DNA of 64,000 nt. Origin: Dehalococcoidia bacterium (lineage in GTDB: Bacteria; Chloroflexota; Dehalococcoidia; Plut-88900). The stretch covers positions 256,001 through 320,000 of the forward strand of contig CBDFLQ010000005.1 in the NCBI GenBank assembly GCA_965249275.1, in the 5' to 3' direction. Below the pieces are notes generated by a model. That model saw only the letters and a list, made by a program, of their open reading frames with translations. It was not told where the DNA came from and ran no database searches. This document shows, piece after piece, positions 43,753 to 54,142 of the stretch (positions within the stretch are counted from its first letter, which is position 1; the number at the start of each line of letters is the position of its first letter). A program made the translations under genes and the position numbers.

Positions 43753-44112
43753 ATGACACCAGCCATGACTACAGCAACCCCACTCCCTACCATTCACGTT
43801 ACCGAGCAGGCGGCCAAGCAAATGATGAAGATAGCCGCCAAGGAGGGCTACGACGAATTCGGCCTCCGCATGGCCGTCAAGGGCGGCGGCTGCTCGGGCC
43901 TCACGTACAAGCTCGGCTTCACCGAAACCCCCAAGAAGGACGACAAAGTCATCGAGGAGCACGGCGTCAAGCTTTTCATAGACTTCAAGAGCATGTTCTA
44001 CTTGGGCGGCACCGTTCTCGACTTCTCGGGCGGGCTGAACGGCAAGGGATTCGAGTTCACGAATCCCAACGCCAAGACGACCTGCGGGTGCGGGAACTCG
44101 TTCTCGGTCTAA
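43753..44112 (+). CDS. iscA: Fe-S cluster assembly accessory protein (IscA/HesB)
   Basis: GGGCSG, NPNAKTTCGCGNSF. Confidence 0.9.
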   Translation: MTPAMTTATPLPTIHVTEQAAKQMMKIAAKEGYDEFGLRMAVKGGGCSGLTYKLGFTETPKKDDKVIEEHGVKLFIDFKSMFYLGGTVLDFSGGLNGKGFEFTNPNAKTTCGCGNSFSV

Positions 44113-44215
44113 TCGCAGTTCCAGCCATACCTTAGCCTCTTTGGGGTCTTCCAGTTGATTGGAAGGCCCCTTTCTTCTACCATTGAAGCGTAAAGCACTA
44201 GAAGGACTTGCCGTT

Positions 44216-45232
44216 ATGACCCAGACAGCAAAGCTAACCACTCCCGAGACTGCCCTCCGTGCCGCCCGAGAAAGCGCCGTCTTCGCACATAAGCCGGCCC
44301 CCGGCATTCTCAGAGTGACCGGCGAGGACGCCCTGGACCTTATCAATCGCCTTTCCACGAACGAAGTCGAGGAGATGGCCGACGGTTCGGGGTTGTCCAC
44401 CGTGCTCACCACCAACAAGGGCAGAGTCGTCGATTTGCTCACCATGTTCTATCTCCCCGACCACTGGCTGGTTCTTACCTCTTCCGGCAACCAGCAGAAG
44501 GTCATAGACTGGATAGAGGATTTCACTTTCGGTGAGGAGATCGAGGTAGAAGACGTTACTGCGGATACCGTCGTGCTCACCATAGTCGGGCCTCGTGCCC
44601 CGGACATCATGCACACCCTAACGCAGGCTGACTTCTCGGCTCTGCCTACCCACCATTCAGTCCAGACCACGATTTCGGCAACCGAGGTCCTGGTCTCGAA
44701 AGCCGACTCGGCCCTCGGCGAGGCTTTCACCCTTCTGGCACCCATCGCTTCGGCTCCGGCCCTCAGCGCTGAAATCCTTGCCGCCGGCGAGGCCTTCGGC
44801 ATGAGAGAGATGGACGCAGACTCTTACGAGGCGTTCCGCATAGCTGCGGGGGTCCCGGCCTATGGCCCGGAGCTCGGCGAGGAAGTGAACCCCTTGGAAG
44901 CCGGGCTTTGGGATTCCGTTAGCTTCACCAAGGGCTGCTACGTCGGGCAGGAGGTCGTGGCCCGGCTCAACACCTACGAGAAGGTGAAGCGTTACCTAGC
45001 GATGCTGAGCCTTGAAGACGGGACTATCCCTGACGCCGGGACCCCATTAACCGTAGACGGCAAAGACGCCGGTAAGCTCACTTCCGTGTCCCCCATCCTG
45101 ATTTCGGGCCGCAGGCCCGCGCTCGGCTACGTGAGAAAAGCCTATGCGAACCCCGAGACTGCGTTGACGGTGGAATCGGGTGACGGGCCAGTGGCTTGTG
45201 AGTTCGTAAGGCGGGTAGGGACTCGAGACTAG
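44216..45232 (+). CDS. ygfZ: Folate-binding YgfZ/GcvT family protein
   Basis: KGCYVGQE signature. Confidence 0.88.
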   Translation: MTQTAKLTTPETALRAARESAVFAHKPAPGILRVTGEDALDLINRLSTNEVEEMADGSGLSTVLTTNKGRVVDLLTMFYLPDHWLVLTSSGNQQKVIDWIEDFTFGEEIEVEDVTADTVVLTIVGPRAPDIMHTLTQADFSALPTHHSVQTTISATEVLVSKADSALGEAFTLLAPIASAPALSAEILAAGEAFGMREMDADSYEAFRIAAGVPAYGPELGEEVNPLEAGLWDSVSFTKGCYVGQEVVARLNTYEKVKRYLAMLSLEDGTIPDAGTPLTVDGKDAGKLTSVSPILISGRRPALGYVRKAYANPETALTVESGDGPVACEFVRRVGTRD

Positions 45233-45234
45233 GG

Positions 45235-47331
45235 TTAGCGAAGCGGCAGTCCGAAGGTCTTCAGGGTAGATTCAAGAACGGTGGGGTCGTTGGTCGGGAG
45301 GGCGCAGGTGTTCCCCGCACACACGTAGACCTGGGGACCCGCTTCTCGTGACATCATCCCCTCTACCGCAGGCGGCAGTTGACCTGGACTGCTTTTTGCG
45401 GGGTCGTACAAGGAGACCAGCTTGTGGGGCCGATAGGTGGCGAGGGCCTTGCGCCAAAGCTCCTGGGTCAGGGGATCCCCTTCGGAACCGACTATCACCG
45501 CATGGGCGGGCGGATTGAGGTGCTGTTCCAAGGCCAGGAAATAGGTGCTGGCGAACAGGCCGTACTGGGCACCTATCGGCCCAAAGAGTTTCAGCGTCTG
45601 CTCAGCCTTTTCCCGGTAATCCTCCCGGTGAGTCAGGTAGTAGAGCCGATCCAAGGTGAGCGCGGCGACGGAGTTCGTGCCGGGTGTGGGAGAGTCCTGG
45701 ATGGGTTTCTCGGCGCCCTCCAACCCCACCGAGCCTAGCTTCCAGTCCGCCAGATCGAAGAAGCCGCCTTCCACGTCGTCCCAGAAATGGACGATGGTGA
45801 AGTCCATCAGTTCTTGGGCGAGATCCAAGTACCGGGCCTCGCCGGTGGCTTCGTGGGCATCGATCAAGGCTCGGGCCATGTGGACCTGGTCGTCTAGGAG
45901 GCCGTCGACCTTCGCTTCTCCGTCGGCGAGGCTGTGGTAGAAGCCGCGCCCCGGCTTGTACGCTTCCTCGATGAGCCGGTCAATGGCCTTCAGCGCCGAC
46001 TCCCTGCACCCCTCCAACCCCAATCCCTTGTACGCCTCCAGGTGTGCAGAGGCCATCATGCCGTTCCATCCAGAATAGACCGTCGTGTCCACGTAAGGCA
46101 CGGGCCTATTTGAGCGCGCTTCCAGCAACGCTAGGCTCGACTCCCGGATGCGCTTGTTGACAAAGTCCTCGTCCAGCTGCAGCCGGCGGGCTATCGCGTC
46201 GGGCTGCATGTCGACGAAGAGGACGTTCTTTGCAGGGTTGTGGTGCATCTCACCTCTGGCCTCGACGTTGTAGAGGAGTGAAATGATCCGCGCGTCCTCG
46301 GGGGGCAGGGTCTCTTCCACCTCATCGAGCGTCCAGGTGAAATAGTCGCCGTCGTCTTCCATACCGACATCGGCGTCCTGGCTGGCGTAGAAGCCGCCGC
46401 GCTCGGGGTCGGAAGCCACCTCTGAAACCCACTTAACAATTCCTTCGGCGACCTCTCTGAACAGCGTCGATCCCGTGGCCTGATATCCGTGGACGTAGTT
46501 TCTGAGGAGCTCCGAGTTGTCGTAGGACATCTTCTCGAAGTGTGGAACTATCCAACGGTCGTCGACGGAGTAGCGGTGAAAGCCCCCGCCCAGCTGGTCG
46601 TAGACTCCGCCGAGGGCCATCTTCTCAAGGGTCTTGTTGATCATAACGCTCAGCCAGTCTTCCCGCGTCTCGTAGTATCGGCTCAGGGCCAACTCGATGG
46701 CCGAAGTGTGGGGGAATTTCGGGGCGCGGCCGAAGCCACCGTGCACCAGGTCGAACCCCTGCCCGATGGACTCCAGTGCAGCGTCCAAGGCGGAGACCCG
46801 GAGCTCGTGGCCCTCTTCGTGCTGGACGGTCAGTTTGCCCAGGTGTTCCTTTATTTTCCGGGCGTTTTCCAGCGCCGATTCCTTGTTGTCCCGATAAAGC
46901 TCGCTTACGCGGGTCAGCAGGGACTTGTAGCCGGGCCTGCCGTGCATGTCGTTCTTGGGGAAGTAGGTGCCGCCGTAGAAGACCTGTCCCCGTTCGGTGA
47001 GGAACGCGGTGAGGGGCCAGCCGCCCTGCCCTGTGATCGCGCCTACGGCGCTCTGGTATCGGCGGTCAACCTCGGGTCTTTCATCCCGGTCGACCTTCAC
47101 GGCGATAAACCGATCGTTGATGATGGCCGCCACTTCCTGGTCTTCGTAGCTCTCCCGGTCCATTACGTGGCACCAGTGGCACCACACCGCGCCGATGTCC
47201 AAAAGCACGGGCTTTCCTTGCTCGGCAGCCAGGCGGAAGGGCTCGTCGCCCCACGGATGCCACCGGATCGGCTGGTCGGCTGCGCTTTTCAGATAGGCAC
47301 TGGTCTCGTGGACGAGGCGGTTGGTGGTCAT
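45235..47331 (-). CDS. Thioredoxin domain-containing protein (YyaL/DUF255)
   Basis: WCHWCHVM, KVDRDERP, GGWPL, VPHFEKM. Confidence 0.92.
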   Translation of the reverse strand: MTTNRLVHETSAYLKSAADQPIRWHPWGDEPFRLAAEQGKPVLLDIGAVWCHWCHVMDRESYEDQEVAAIINDRFIAVKVDRDERPEVDRRYQSAVGAITGQGGWPLTAFLTERGQVFYGGTYFPKNDMHGRPGYKSLLTRVSELYRDNKESALENARKIKEHLGKLTVQHEEGHELRVSALDAALESIGQGFDLVHGGFGRAPKFPHTSAIELALSRYYETREDWLSVMINKTLEKMALGGVYDQLGGGFHRYSVDDRWIVPHFEKMSYDNSELLRNYVHGYQATGSTLFREVAEGIVKWVSEVASDPERGGFYASQDADVGMEDDGDYFTWTLDEVEETLPPEDARIISLLYNVEARGEMHHNPAKNVLFVDMQPDAIARRLQLDEDFVNKRIRESSLALLEARSNRPVPYVDTTVYSGWNGMMASAHLEAYKGLGLEGCRESALKAIDRLIEEAYKPGRGFYHSLADGEAKVDGLLDDQVHMARALIDAHEATGEARYLDLAQELMDFTIVHFWDDVEGGFFDLADWKLGSVGLEGAEKPIQDSPTPGTNSVAALTLDRLYYLTHREDYREKAEQTLKLFGPIGAQYGLFASTYFLALEQHLNPPAHAVIVGSEGDPLTQELWRKALATYRPHKLVSLYDPAKSSPGQLPPAVEGMMSREAGPQVYVCAGNTCALPTNDPTVLESTLKTFGLPLR

Positions 47332-47363
47332 ATGAATCTCGTTATCGTAGGTGAGTTTGGGAG

Positions 47364-47744
47364 TTATTCATGCAACGGGAGTTTTTCAATGAGGATGTCT
47401 CCATTATCACTGGCTTCTATTGTAATCCGGCTGCCCCATAACAAGTTCATTCCAACCATCGACGTTCCTTGGGATTCGACGATTATGACGTCGCGAGGCT
47501 CTTCATGCCAGTTAGCCCTACCCAAGTACGTGTTCATCACGGAAACTTCACCGTCAGCCAGAGTGAACCTTCGCTGCCCCATAGGTCTTAGCTGCAGGCG
47601 GCGTATTGTGGGTATGGGAAGGGATACATCACCGTTAAAGCCGGTATCCAGGACTGCGGCCATCGGCACCAAACGCCCCAACCCATCCAAGACTTCCAAT
47701 CGAATTATTGGAGTCCTATCGGCAGTTACGCGGCCCTTAATCAT
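47364..47744 (-). CDS. Clan AA aspartic protease-like protein
   Basis: AVLDTGFNG, LADG, VGMNLL. Confidence 0.8.
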   Translation of the reverse strand: MIKGRVTADRTPIIRLEVLDGLGRLVPMAAVLDTGFNGDVSLPIPTIRRLQLRPMGQRRFTLADGEVSVMNTYLGRANWHEEPRDVIIVESQGTSMVGMNLLWGSRITIEASDNGDILIEKLPLHE

Positions 47745-48012
47745 GGACTGAAGGCCGAGTAGAAAGCCAGACGTAGGGCGTAGGATAGCCAACACGAACC
47801 GCCCAAGTCATGGCGTCAGGTCGTCGGTCCAGGAGGCGGCGGGTGGCGTCCGCGTCACGTTCGCCTATTTCGTAGTCGCCGGTGTAGACATCTATGACCA
47901 CGAATTTTCCATACTGTCCGGGCTCAACCAGCGACCGAATAGTGCGCTCGTAGATTGCCGTGCCTCGGGCCGGAAGGTCTGCGGGCATCCGCTCAATAGG
48001 ACTGATGCTCAT
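47737..48012 (-). CDS. Small hypothetical partner of the aspartic protease (DUF5678-like)
   Basis: [15 protein letters not shown]...RVG; overlaps the protease gene. Confidence 0.6.
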   Translation of the reverse strand: MSISPIERMPADLPARGTAIYERTIRSLVEPGQYGKFVVIDVYTGDYEIGERDADATRRLLDRRPDAMTWAVRVGYPTPYVWLSTRPSVHD

Positions 48013-48147
48013 GCCGTAATGCTAACACGGCTAAGTCCCAGGGTCACAACCCCGAACCAACGCTCTACCTACCCATGTATCACCGAGGCGCGTATTGGGC
48101 ATCCCGAACAACAATGGTATATTACCTCTGCAGGAGGAGAATTCCCC

Positions 48148-48936
48148 ATGAACAACCACAACAAATCAGCCGCCGACGTCAGGGCAGAGATCCGCTCCGG
48201 CGCCTTCGCCGGGATTACCGCGGGTCTCGCCCCCGGCGCCACACAGGCTAACCTGGCCATACTTCCCAAGGAGTACGCCTTTGACTTTCTCCTCTTCTGC
48301 CAACGCAATCGCAAACCCTGCCCACTCATTGAGGTGCTGGAACCTGGTCAGCCCGAGCCCTTAGCCTCGGCGCCCGGGTCCGACATCCGTACCGATTTGC
48401 CCGCCTACCGCATCTACCGCGACGGCGTCCTGGAAGCCGAGGTCCCGGAGATAAGCGAATACTGGCGAGACGACCTGGTGTCGTTCCTGATGGGATGCAG
48501 CTTCACTTTCGAAGAGGCCCTGATCCGGGCGCAAATACCAATGCGTCACATAGAGGAGGGGACGAACGTCTCCATGTACGTCACCAATATGGAGACCCGA
48601 AGCGCGGGCGTCTTCTCGGGGCCTATGGTGGTCAGCATGCGCCCCATTCCGCACTCCCAGGTAGTGAAGGCCGTCCAGGTCACGTCCCGATACCCGGATG
48701 TGCACGGGGCTCCCGTTCACATTGGGAACCCTGAGGCTATCGGCATCTGTGACATTTCCAAGCCCGACTACGGAGACCCCGTAGAAATCCGGGAGAACGA
48801 GACCCCTGTATTCTGGGCCTGCGGCGTGACACCGCAGGCCGTCGCCGAAAAGTCCCGGCCCTCCTTGATGATCACTCACGCCCCGGGCTACATGTTCGTA
48901 ACAGACATACCCAACGAGACTACGGCGGCGCTATGA
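48148..48936 (+). CDS. Putative hydro-lyase DUF1445 (D-glutamate cyclase family)
   Basis: [36 protein letters not shown]. Confidence 0.9.
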   Translation: MNNHNKSAADVRAEIRSGAFAGITAGLAPGATQANLAILPKEYAFDFLLFCQRNRKPCPLIEVLEPGQPEPLASAPGSDIRTDLPAYRIYRDGVLEAEVPEISEYWRDDLVSFLMGCSFTFEEALIRAQIPMRHIEEGTNVSMYVTNMETRSAGVFSGPMVVSMRPIPHSQVVKAVQVTSRYPDVHGAPVHIGNPEAIGICDISKPDYGDPVEIRENETPVFWACGVTPQAVAEKSRPSLMITHAPGYMFVTDIPNETTAAL

Positions 48937-49784
48937 CGATAGAAGACATAATCCTCAGCGGCGACACCCGCGGCGTATCGCGGCTCAGGAGGAGGCTGCC
49001 TGCCGACTTCTGCCAAAGCGCCGCCCAGTACGCGCTCGACTCAGAGGGGCCTGTGCTCATTCTAACGGGCTTCTACGTCAAGGGTTCATGGGAGTCCGAC
49101 GGGCCGCCCGGCGCCGTTGCCATAGGTCGCGCGCTGGAGGCGCTGGGCCGCAAGGTCATCTACATCACCGATGGGGCCGCCCCCATGCTTCGTGGCCTGG
49201 TCGGCAGACCGAAGGACAAGGTCCGCGAGTTTCCCATAACCGGACGTGAGGCCAGCAAGATTGCAGCCAGGTCGATTCTGACAGCAGTGAAGCCGGGACT
49301 CGCCATATCCATCGAGCGATGCGGAATGACCAAGGAGTCCAAGCTCTACCTTAACATGCGCGGTATCGACATCTCCGAGCACACTGCGAAGCTGGACTAC
49401 TTGTTCCAGGGCGTCAAAAAAAACGTCGCTATCGGAGACGGTGGCAACGAGATAGGAATGGGGTCAGTGTATGAGCACATCCCCGCCGTATCGACGCTAG
49501 TGCCAGATCCTGCGGTCACTCCCGCCGACCACCTGATCATCGCGAGCGTGTCCAACTGGGGGGGCTACGGCCTGGTAGCTTGCCTGTCAATTCTCACCGG
49601 CAAGGACCTTCTCCCCTCCGCGGAAGAGGAGTTCGAGATGGTCAAGAAGTGGATCGACCTGGGAGGCGTGGACGGGATCTCGGGGGAGAAGGTCTATACG
49701 GTAGACAACATGGATGCCGGACAAACTGCCAACATTCTGTCGCGACTCCACCAAGAAGTCGCAGCGGCGAGGGCGGCGGCATGA
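48933..49784 (+). CDS. DUF4392 (glutamate cyclase C-terminal domain) protein
   Basis: [29 protein letters not shown]. Confidence 0.85.
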   Translation: MTIEDIILSGDTRGVSRLRRRLPADFCQSAAQYALDSEGPVLILTGFYVKGSWESDGPPGAVAIGRALEALGRKVIYITDGAAPMLRGLVGRPKDKVREFPITGREASKIAARSILTAVKPGLAISIERCGMTKESKLYLNMRGIDISEHTAKLDYLFQGVKKNVAIGDGGNEIGMGSVYEHIPAVSTLVPDPAVTPADHLIIASVSNWGGYGLVACLSILTGKDLLPSAEEEFEMVKKWIDLGGVDGISGEKVYTVDNMDAGQTANILSRLHQEVAAARAAA

Positions 49785-50719
49785 AGATCTGCTCGCTGCT
49801 ACCCAGCAGCACCGAGATAGTGTTCGCCCTGGGGCTCGGAGGCTCGCTGGTCGGGGTGTCCCATGAATGTGATTTCCCCTCGGAGACCGCCTTCATTCCT
49901 TCCGTAACCTCCAGCGTGGTCAATGGAGAGTCGATGACCGGCAGGCAGATCCACGATGCGATCACCGGCCTCGTACACGGTGGAAGCAGCATCTACAACC
50001 TGGACCGCGAGCTGTTGGACGAGGCCAGCCCCGACCTTATCCTGACGCAGGAGCTCTGCGACGTCTGCGCCGTATCCTACAAACAGGTCGAGGCGGCGGC
50101 TTCCATGCTGCAATGCGACACCCGAGTGGTATCCCTGGAACCAAACACCCTGGACCAGATCCTGGATACGATACGCATCGTGGGTGAGCTTGCCGGGGTC
50201 GAATCGCAGGCTAAATCCGTTGTCTCCGGCCTCCGTGCTCGTATAGACAGGGTTGGAGAAATTGCCGCTCGGGCCCAACAAAAGCCCAGAGTCCTCTGCA
50301 TGGAATGGATTGACCCAGTCTTCATCGGCGGGCACTGGGTGCCGGAGATGGTCGCTCTTGCCGGTGGAGAAGACGGCCTGGGCATTGCCGGGAAGCCATC
50401 CTTCCAGGTCGATTGGCCGCGTATTGCCGAATACAACCCTGCTTTGATAGTCGTCATGCCCTGCGGGTTCAGTGCAGGACAGGCTTTGAAGGAGTTGGAG
50501 CAGACAGTCTTGCCGGATGAGTGGCATGGCCTCGACGCCGTGACCGGCGGGGAGGTCTACGTGGTCGACGGCTCGTCGTACTTCAACCGTCCCGGACCCA
50601 GAGTCGTGGACGGGCTCGAAATCCTTGCCCAGATTTTCCATCCCGAGCTCTTCTCCCGCCCCGAGGCCAAGTTCGGAGGGCTGATCAAGACACCGTACCC
50701 CATCCGTACCGGGAGCTAG
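49781..50719 (+). CDS. Cobalamin-binding (BtuF-like) protein without signal peptide
   Basis: SLLPSSTEI, VGVSHECDFP, TQELCDVCAV, FNRPGPR. Confidence 0.8.
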   Translation: MKICSLLPSSTEIVFALGLGGSLVGVSHECDFPSETAFIPSVTSSVVNGESMTGRQIHDAITGLVHGGSSIYNLDRELLDEASPDLILTQELCDVCAVSYKQVEAAASMLQCDTRVVSLEPNTLDQILDTIRIVGELAGVESQAKSVVSGLRARIDRVGEIAARAQQKPRVLCMEWIDPVFIGGHWVPEMVALAGGEDGLGIAGKPSFQVDWPRIAEYNPALIVVMPCGFSAGQALKELEQTVLPDEWHGLDAVTGGEVYVVDGSSYFNRPGPRVVDGLEILAQIFHPELFSRPEAKFGGLIKTPYPIRTGS

Positions 50720-50726
50720 AGGTCTC

Positions 50727-51128
50727 ATGACCGCCGATCGGGATGCCATATCAGAGGTGACTGCGGCCAATGAAAGGTTCTACCGCGCTTTCGAAAGCCT
50801 GAACGTTGAGCAGATGGCTCGGGTGTGGGTGCAGGACGATACCGCACAGGTTGTTCATCCCGGCTGGAGTATCAAGCTAGGCTGGGATGAGGTAAGGGAC
50901 AGTTGGGCCGCCATTTTCGCCAACACGAGGTACATGGAGTTCCACCTGACGGACGTGCATGTACTGGTGTCGGGGCCGTGGGCACGGGTCACGTGTGTTG
51001 AGAACCTGAGAAGCGTCGCCGGTGGGCAGGAGAATATGGGCCAAGTCCAGGCCACCAACCTTTTCACCCTAACGGGCGACGAATGGTTGATGGTCCATCA
51101 CCACGGCTCGCCTATTTTTACGGGCTGA
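50727..51128 (+). CDS. SnoaL/NTF2-like protein
   Basis: NERFYRAFE, HPGW, ATNLF, HHHGS. Confidence 0.8.
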   Translation: MTADRDAISEVTAANERFYRAFESLNVEQMARVWVQDDTAQVVHPGWSIKLGWDEVRDSWAAIFANTRYMEFHLTDVHVLVSGPWARVTCVENLRSVAGGQENMGQVQATNLFTLTGDEWLMVHHHGSPIFTG

Positions 51129-51259
51129 TTGGGGCTAAGGATCGAAGTCGTACCGTGATCCCTTGATGCACTGCATTATGGAACGGCTGTTAGGTCCCAA
51201 TTCTGAAGAGTGTTAGCATTGGGGTGAAATGGGGATGAGGTGTCCCAATAGAGGTCAGG

Positions 51260-51450
51260 AACACCCTCACTCTCCTCGGCGAGCCTACGGCCCTCCCCGG
51301 CGAGTCTTCGACCCTAGCCCTCTCACGCCTCGGCGCATCTTCAACCCATCAAGAGACTTTTGCGTAACTGATGATCGCATCTGCTGTGCCGTCCAGATCG
51401 CCTAACACCCCCCGCTCATACTTCGAGAGCCTCAGCACGAGCGGCCCCAC
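51260..51450. repeat. Degenerate REP-like units
   Basis: ACCCTCACTC..., CCCCGCTCATACTTCGAGAGCCTCAGCACGAGCGG. Confidence 0.55.
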
Positions 51451-51499
51451 GCCCCTCCACCACAGGTTATGCAAAGGTCTCATCAAGGGAGATGTGACA

Positions 51500-51883
51500 G
51501 TGAAGATCAAACTTACGAGCGTATTTGTCGAGGATCAGGAGAAGGCACTCAGGTTCTATACGGAAGTCCTGGGCTTTGTTAAGAAAGAGGATTCCCCGAT
51601 TGGGGAATTCAAATGGTTGACGGTTGTCTCCCCCGAAGAGCCGGATGATGTCGAGCTGCTTCTTGAACCTAATGAGAACCCGGCTGCCAAGAGTTACCAA
51701 AAGGCTCTGTTCGAGCAGGGTATTGCCCAGGCAGCATTCGCCGTTGACGATATTCACAAAGAATACGAACGATTGAAGGGGCTGGGCGTGGCGTTCATGA
51801 TGGATCCCACAAGCGCAGGGCCGGCGACGATAGCCGTGTTTAATGATACCTGCGGCAACTGGATACAGATCTATCAGGAGTAA
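51500..51883 (+). CDS. VOC/glyoxalase family protein
   Basis: VEDQEKALRFYTEVLGF, DTCGN. Confidence 0.88.
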   Translation: MKIKLTSVFVEDQEKALRFYTEVLGFVKKEDSPIGEFKWLTVVSPEEPDDVELLLEPNENPAAKSYQKALFEQGIAQAAFAVDDIHKEYERLKGLGVAFMMDPTSAGPATIAVFNDTCGNWIQIYQE

Positions 51884-51885
51884 GC

Positions 51886-53316
51886 TTACTCCTCGATTCG
51901 GGCGAGGCGTCTCACTTTCTCCGCTGCTGCATCGAAGTCGTAGCCGTGGATGGTCATCATCTTCTGGGCCTGGGGGGAGCCCGCGCCGTGGTATTGGCTG
52001 ACGAGGAAGTGGCTGGCGTACTCGTCGGCGGCCAGGTCTCGCACGAAGTTGTAGAGCCTTAATCGCTGGTCGGCGGTGGCCTTGTCGCCGCCCGAGAGGT
52101 ACTTCCTGAAGGTAGCGTGGAGGTCGGGGTGATTGTAGTCGGTCTCCCAAGGCTGGGTCGCGATTATCGCGCCGCCGATATCGATGAGATGCTTGTACAT
52201 GTCGCTGAGCTTGTCGGTGAACATGTACTTCGCGACGTTGGTGATCACGCCGTTTGGTATGGCCATGCCGTCGGAGATTGTGCAGGTCATGGCAGCGGAC
52301 GTTACAAAAGCGTCCATTGAGCTTGCCAGCATGGCGAACTCGAAGAGGTGGTCACGGATGTGGGGCGCCCTTTCGACGCCGTTATACTTGGCCAGGAGAT
52401 AGGCTGTACCCGCCAATACCTCCGCATCGTGTTTCATGGAGCACAGCGCCGAGTAGCGGAGCAGCAGACCCAAGCCTCGGGCTATGGGCTGGGACAGCCA
52501 GTCCTCTCCATTCTGGATGACGCGCTCCCAGGGCACAAACACGTCGTCGAACCAGACGAAGCACTCGGAGCCCGGCTCGTCATGGCTGATCGGGTACTCA
52601 AAGCTCGACCCCACCATCCGACGGGGTCTCATGAGCAGCTTCACACCCTCCGTGCCCGGCGAGACAACGCAGGTCACCGAATATTCCGACTCGTCGGGCT
52701 TCATTCTCTTGGTCGGCATAACCACGAGCTCGTGCATGTAGGCGGCGCCGGAGATGTGGGCTTTCATGCCCCGGATCACGATACCATCGTCCCGCTCCGC
52801 AACCTTGTGCACGTACATGTCGGGGTCTGCCTGCTGGCTGGGATGGAGGGACCGGTCGCCCTTGGTGTCGGACATGGCGACGGCCATGATCAGGTCTTCC
52901 TCCCGGAAACGGCGGTAGAGTGAGTCTACGTTGGTCTTGTACATGGGGTTGGCCTCGGCCAGCTCCCCGGACACCATGTAGAGCGAAAGCATGGCATCGC
53001 TCAAAGCTACCGCTGCCCCGTAGCCCAGTTGGCCACCCGTTTCCAGCGCTTTGGCCCGCTTGAGCAGGTCATCGGAAGTCCTGGGTGGGATCAGGAAGAG
53101 GTCCGCCGGGTTTCCAGTCTCGGGGTCGGGGGCGGTGAAGATGTCCTTCAGTGCCGGGTCGTGGAACCGCTGATACTCCCGGGAGAAGAAGAGGGCACCC
53201 TGCCGGGTGATGGGGTGTTCGGTGACGTCGGTGATCTTTTCGCCGTCGGCGTAGATTACCCTGCCGTCTCGGATGCTCTCAAGGTAGTCTTCGGGTGTTT
53301 TGAAGGTCTTGGTCAT
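51886..53316 (-). CDS. 4-hydroxyphenylacetate 3-hydroxylase / 4-hydroxybutyryl-CoA dehydratase family flavoprotein
   Basis: YLESIRDGR, AMSDTKGDRS, FDDVFVPWERV, HGAGSPQAQK. Confidence 0.85.
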   Translation of the reverse strand: MTKTFKTPEDYLESIRDGRVIYADGEKITDVTEHPITRQGALFFSREYQRFHDPALKDIFTAPDPETGNPADLFLIPPRTSDDLLKRAKALETGGQLGYGAAVALSDAMLSLYMVSGELAEANPMYKTNVDSLYRRFREEDLIMAVAMSDTKGDRSLHPSQQADPDMYVHKVAERDDGIVIRGMKAHISGAAYMHELVVMPTKRMKPDESEYSVTCVVSPGTEGVKLLMRPRRMVGSSFEYPISHDEPGSECFVWFDDVFVPWERVIQNGEDWLSQPIARGLGLLLRYSALCSMKHDAEVLAGTAYLLAKYNGVERAPHIRDHLFEFAMLASSMDAFVTSAAMTCTISDGMAIPNGVITNVAKYMFTDKLSDMYKHLIDIGGAIIATQPWETDYNHPDLHATFRKYLSGGDKATADQRLRLYNFVRDLAADEYASHFLVSQYHGAGSPQAQKMMTIHGYDFDAAAEKVRRLARIEE

Positions 53317-53359
53317 GGCGTTGTCTCCCCTGTTTGGTCTCGGGCTGGGTTTCTGAACC

Positions 53360-54142
53360 TTGACCCGCGCCCCTTACGATTCCTATACTCGCCCCGTGCG
53401 CCCCCTCAGCTATTCCCAGATATCAGCTTATCAGACCTGTCCCCTATTCTACAGGTTCCAATACATCGATAAGCTGCCGACCAAGCCGAGGTTCTACTTC
53501 AGCTTCGGTAACACGCTGCACCGTTGCGCGCAGTTTTTCTTCAAGAAGAAGGGGCAAGGCCCCCCGTCCCTTGAGGACTTTCTGGAATTTTATAATCAGG
53601 CATGGAGCTCGGCGGGGTATTTCAGCAGGAGGCAGGAGGCAGCGGACAAACAAACGGGCAGGGAGATACTCACGCAGTTCTGGGAACTCAACTCAAGGGA
53701 CTATCATCTCCCCCTCGCAACCGAAAAGTGGTTCACGGTCAACGTAGGGGGTGTTCCATTCCGGGGCTACATAGACCGGGTGGACATATCACCAACCGGG
53801 GGACTCAACATCCTGGACTACAAGAGCGGGAAGAGGGACATATCCAAAGACGAGGTGGAGGAGAGCCTTCAGCTGAGCATGTACCAGATCGGGGCGCAGG
53901 GGACTTGGCTTCTACCAGTCGAGAAGTTGTCCCTGTACCACCTGCGCTCCAATACCAACGTGGAGGTCGAGGCCCGTGACGATAACACCATCAAACGGGC
54001 CGAGGACACGGTCACCACGGTTTCACAGTCAATAGAAAACAAAGAGTTCGAGCCCCGACTCAACCCCTCGTGCCCGTGCGAATTCTCCGAACTATGCCCG
54101 CTGTTTAATCCCGACGCGGACCCTGAGGCTCCCGGGTCCTGA
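53360..54142 (+). CDS. PD-(D/E)XK RecB-family nuclease
   Basis: SYSQI...CP, GNTLH, GYIDRVD, DYKSG, QLSMY, CPC...CP; start uncertain. Confidence 0.85.
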   Translation: MTRAPYDSYTRPVRPLSYSQISAYQTCPLFYRFQYIDKLPTKPRFYFSFGNTLHRCAQFFFKKKGQGPPSLEDFLEFYNQAWSSAGYFSRRQEAADKQTGREILTQFWELNSRDYHLPLATEKWFTVNVGGVPFRGYIDRVDISPTGGLNILDYKSGKRDISKDEVEESLQLSMYQIGAQGTWLLPVEKLSLYHLRSNTNVEVEARDDNTIKRAEDTVTTVSQSIENKEFEPRLNPSCPCEFSELCPLFNPDADPEAPGS

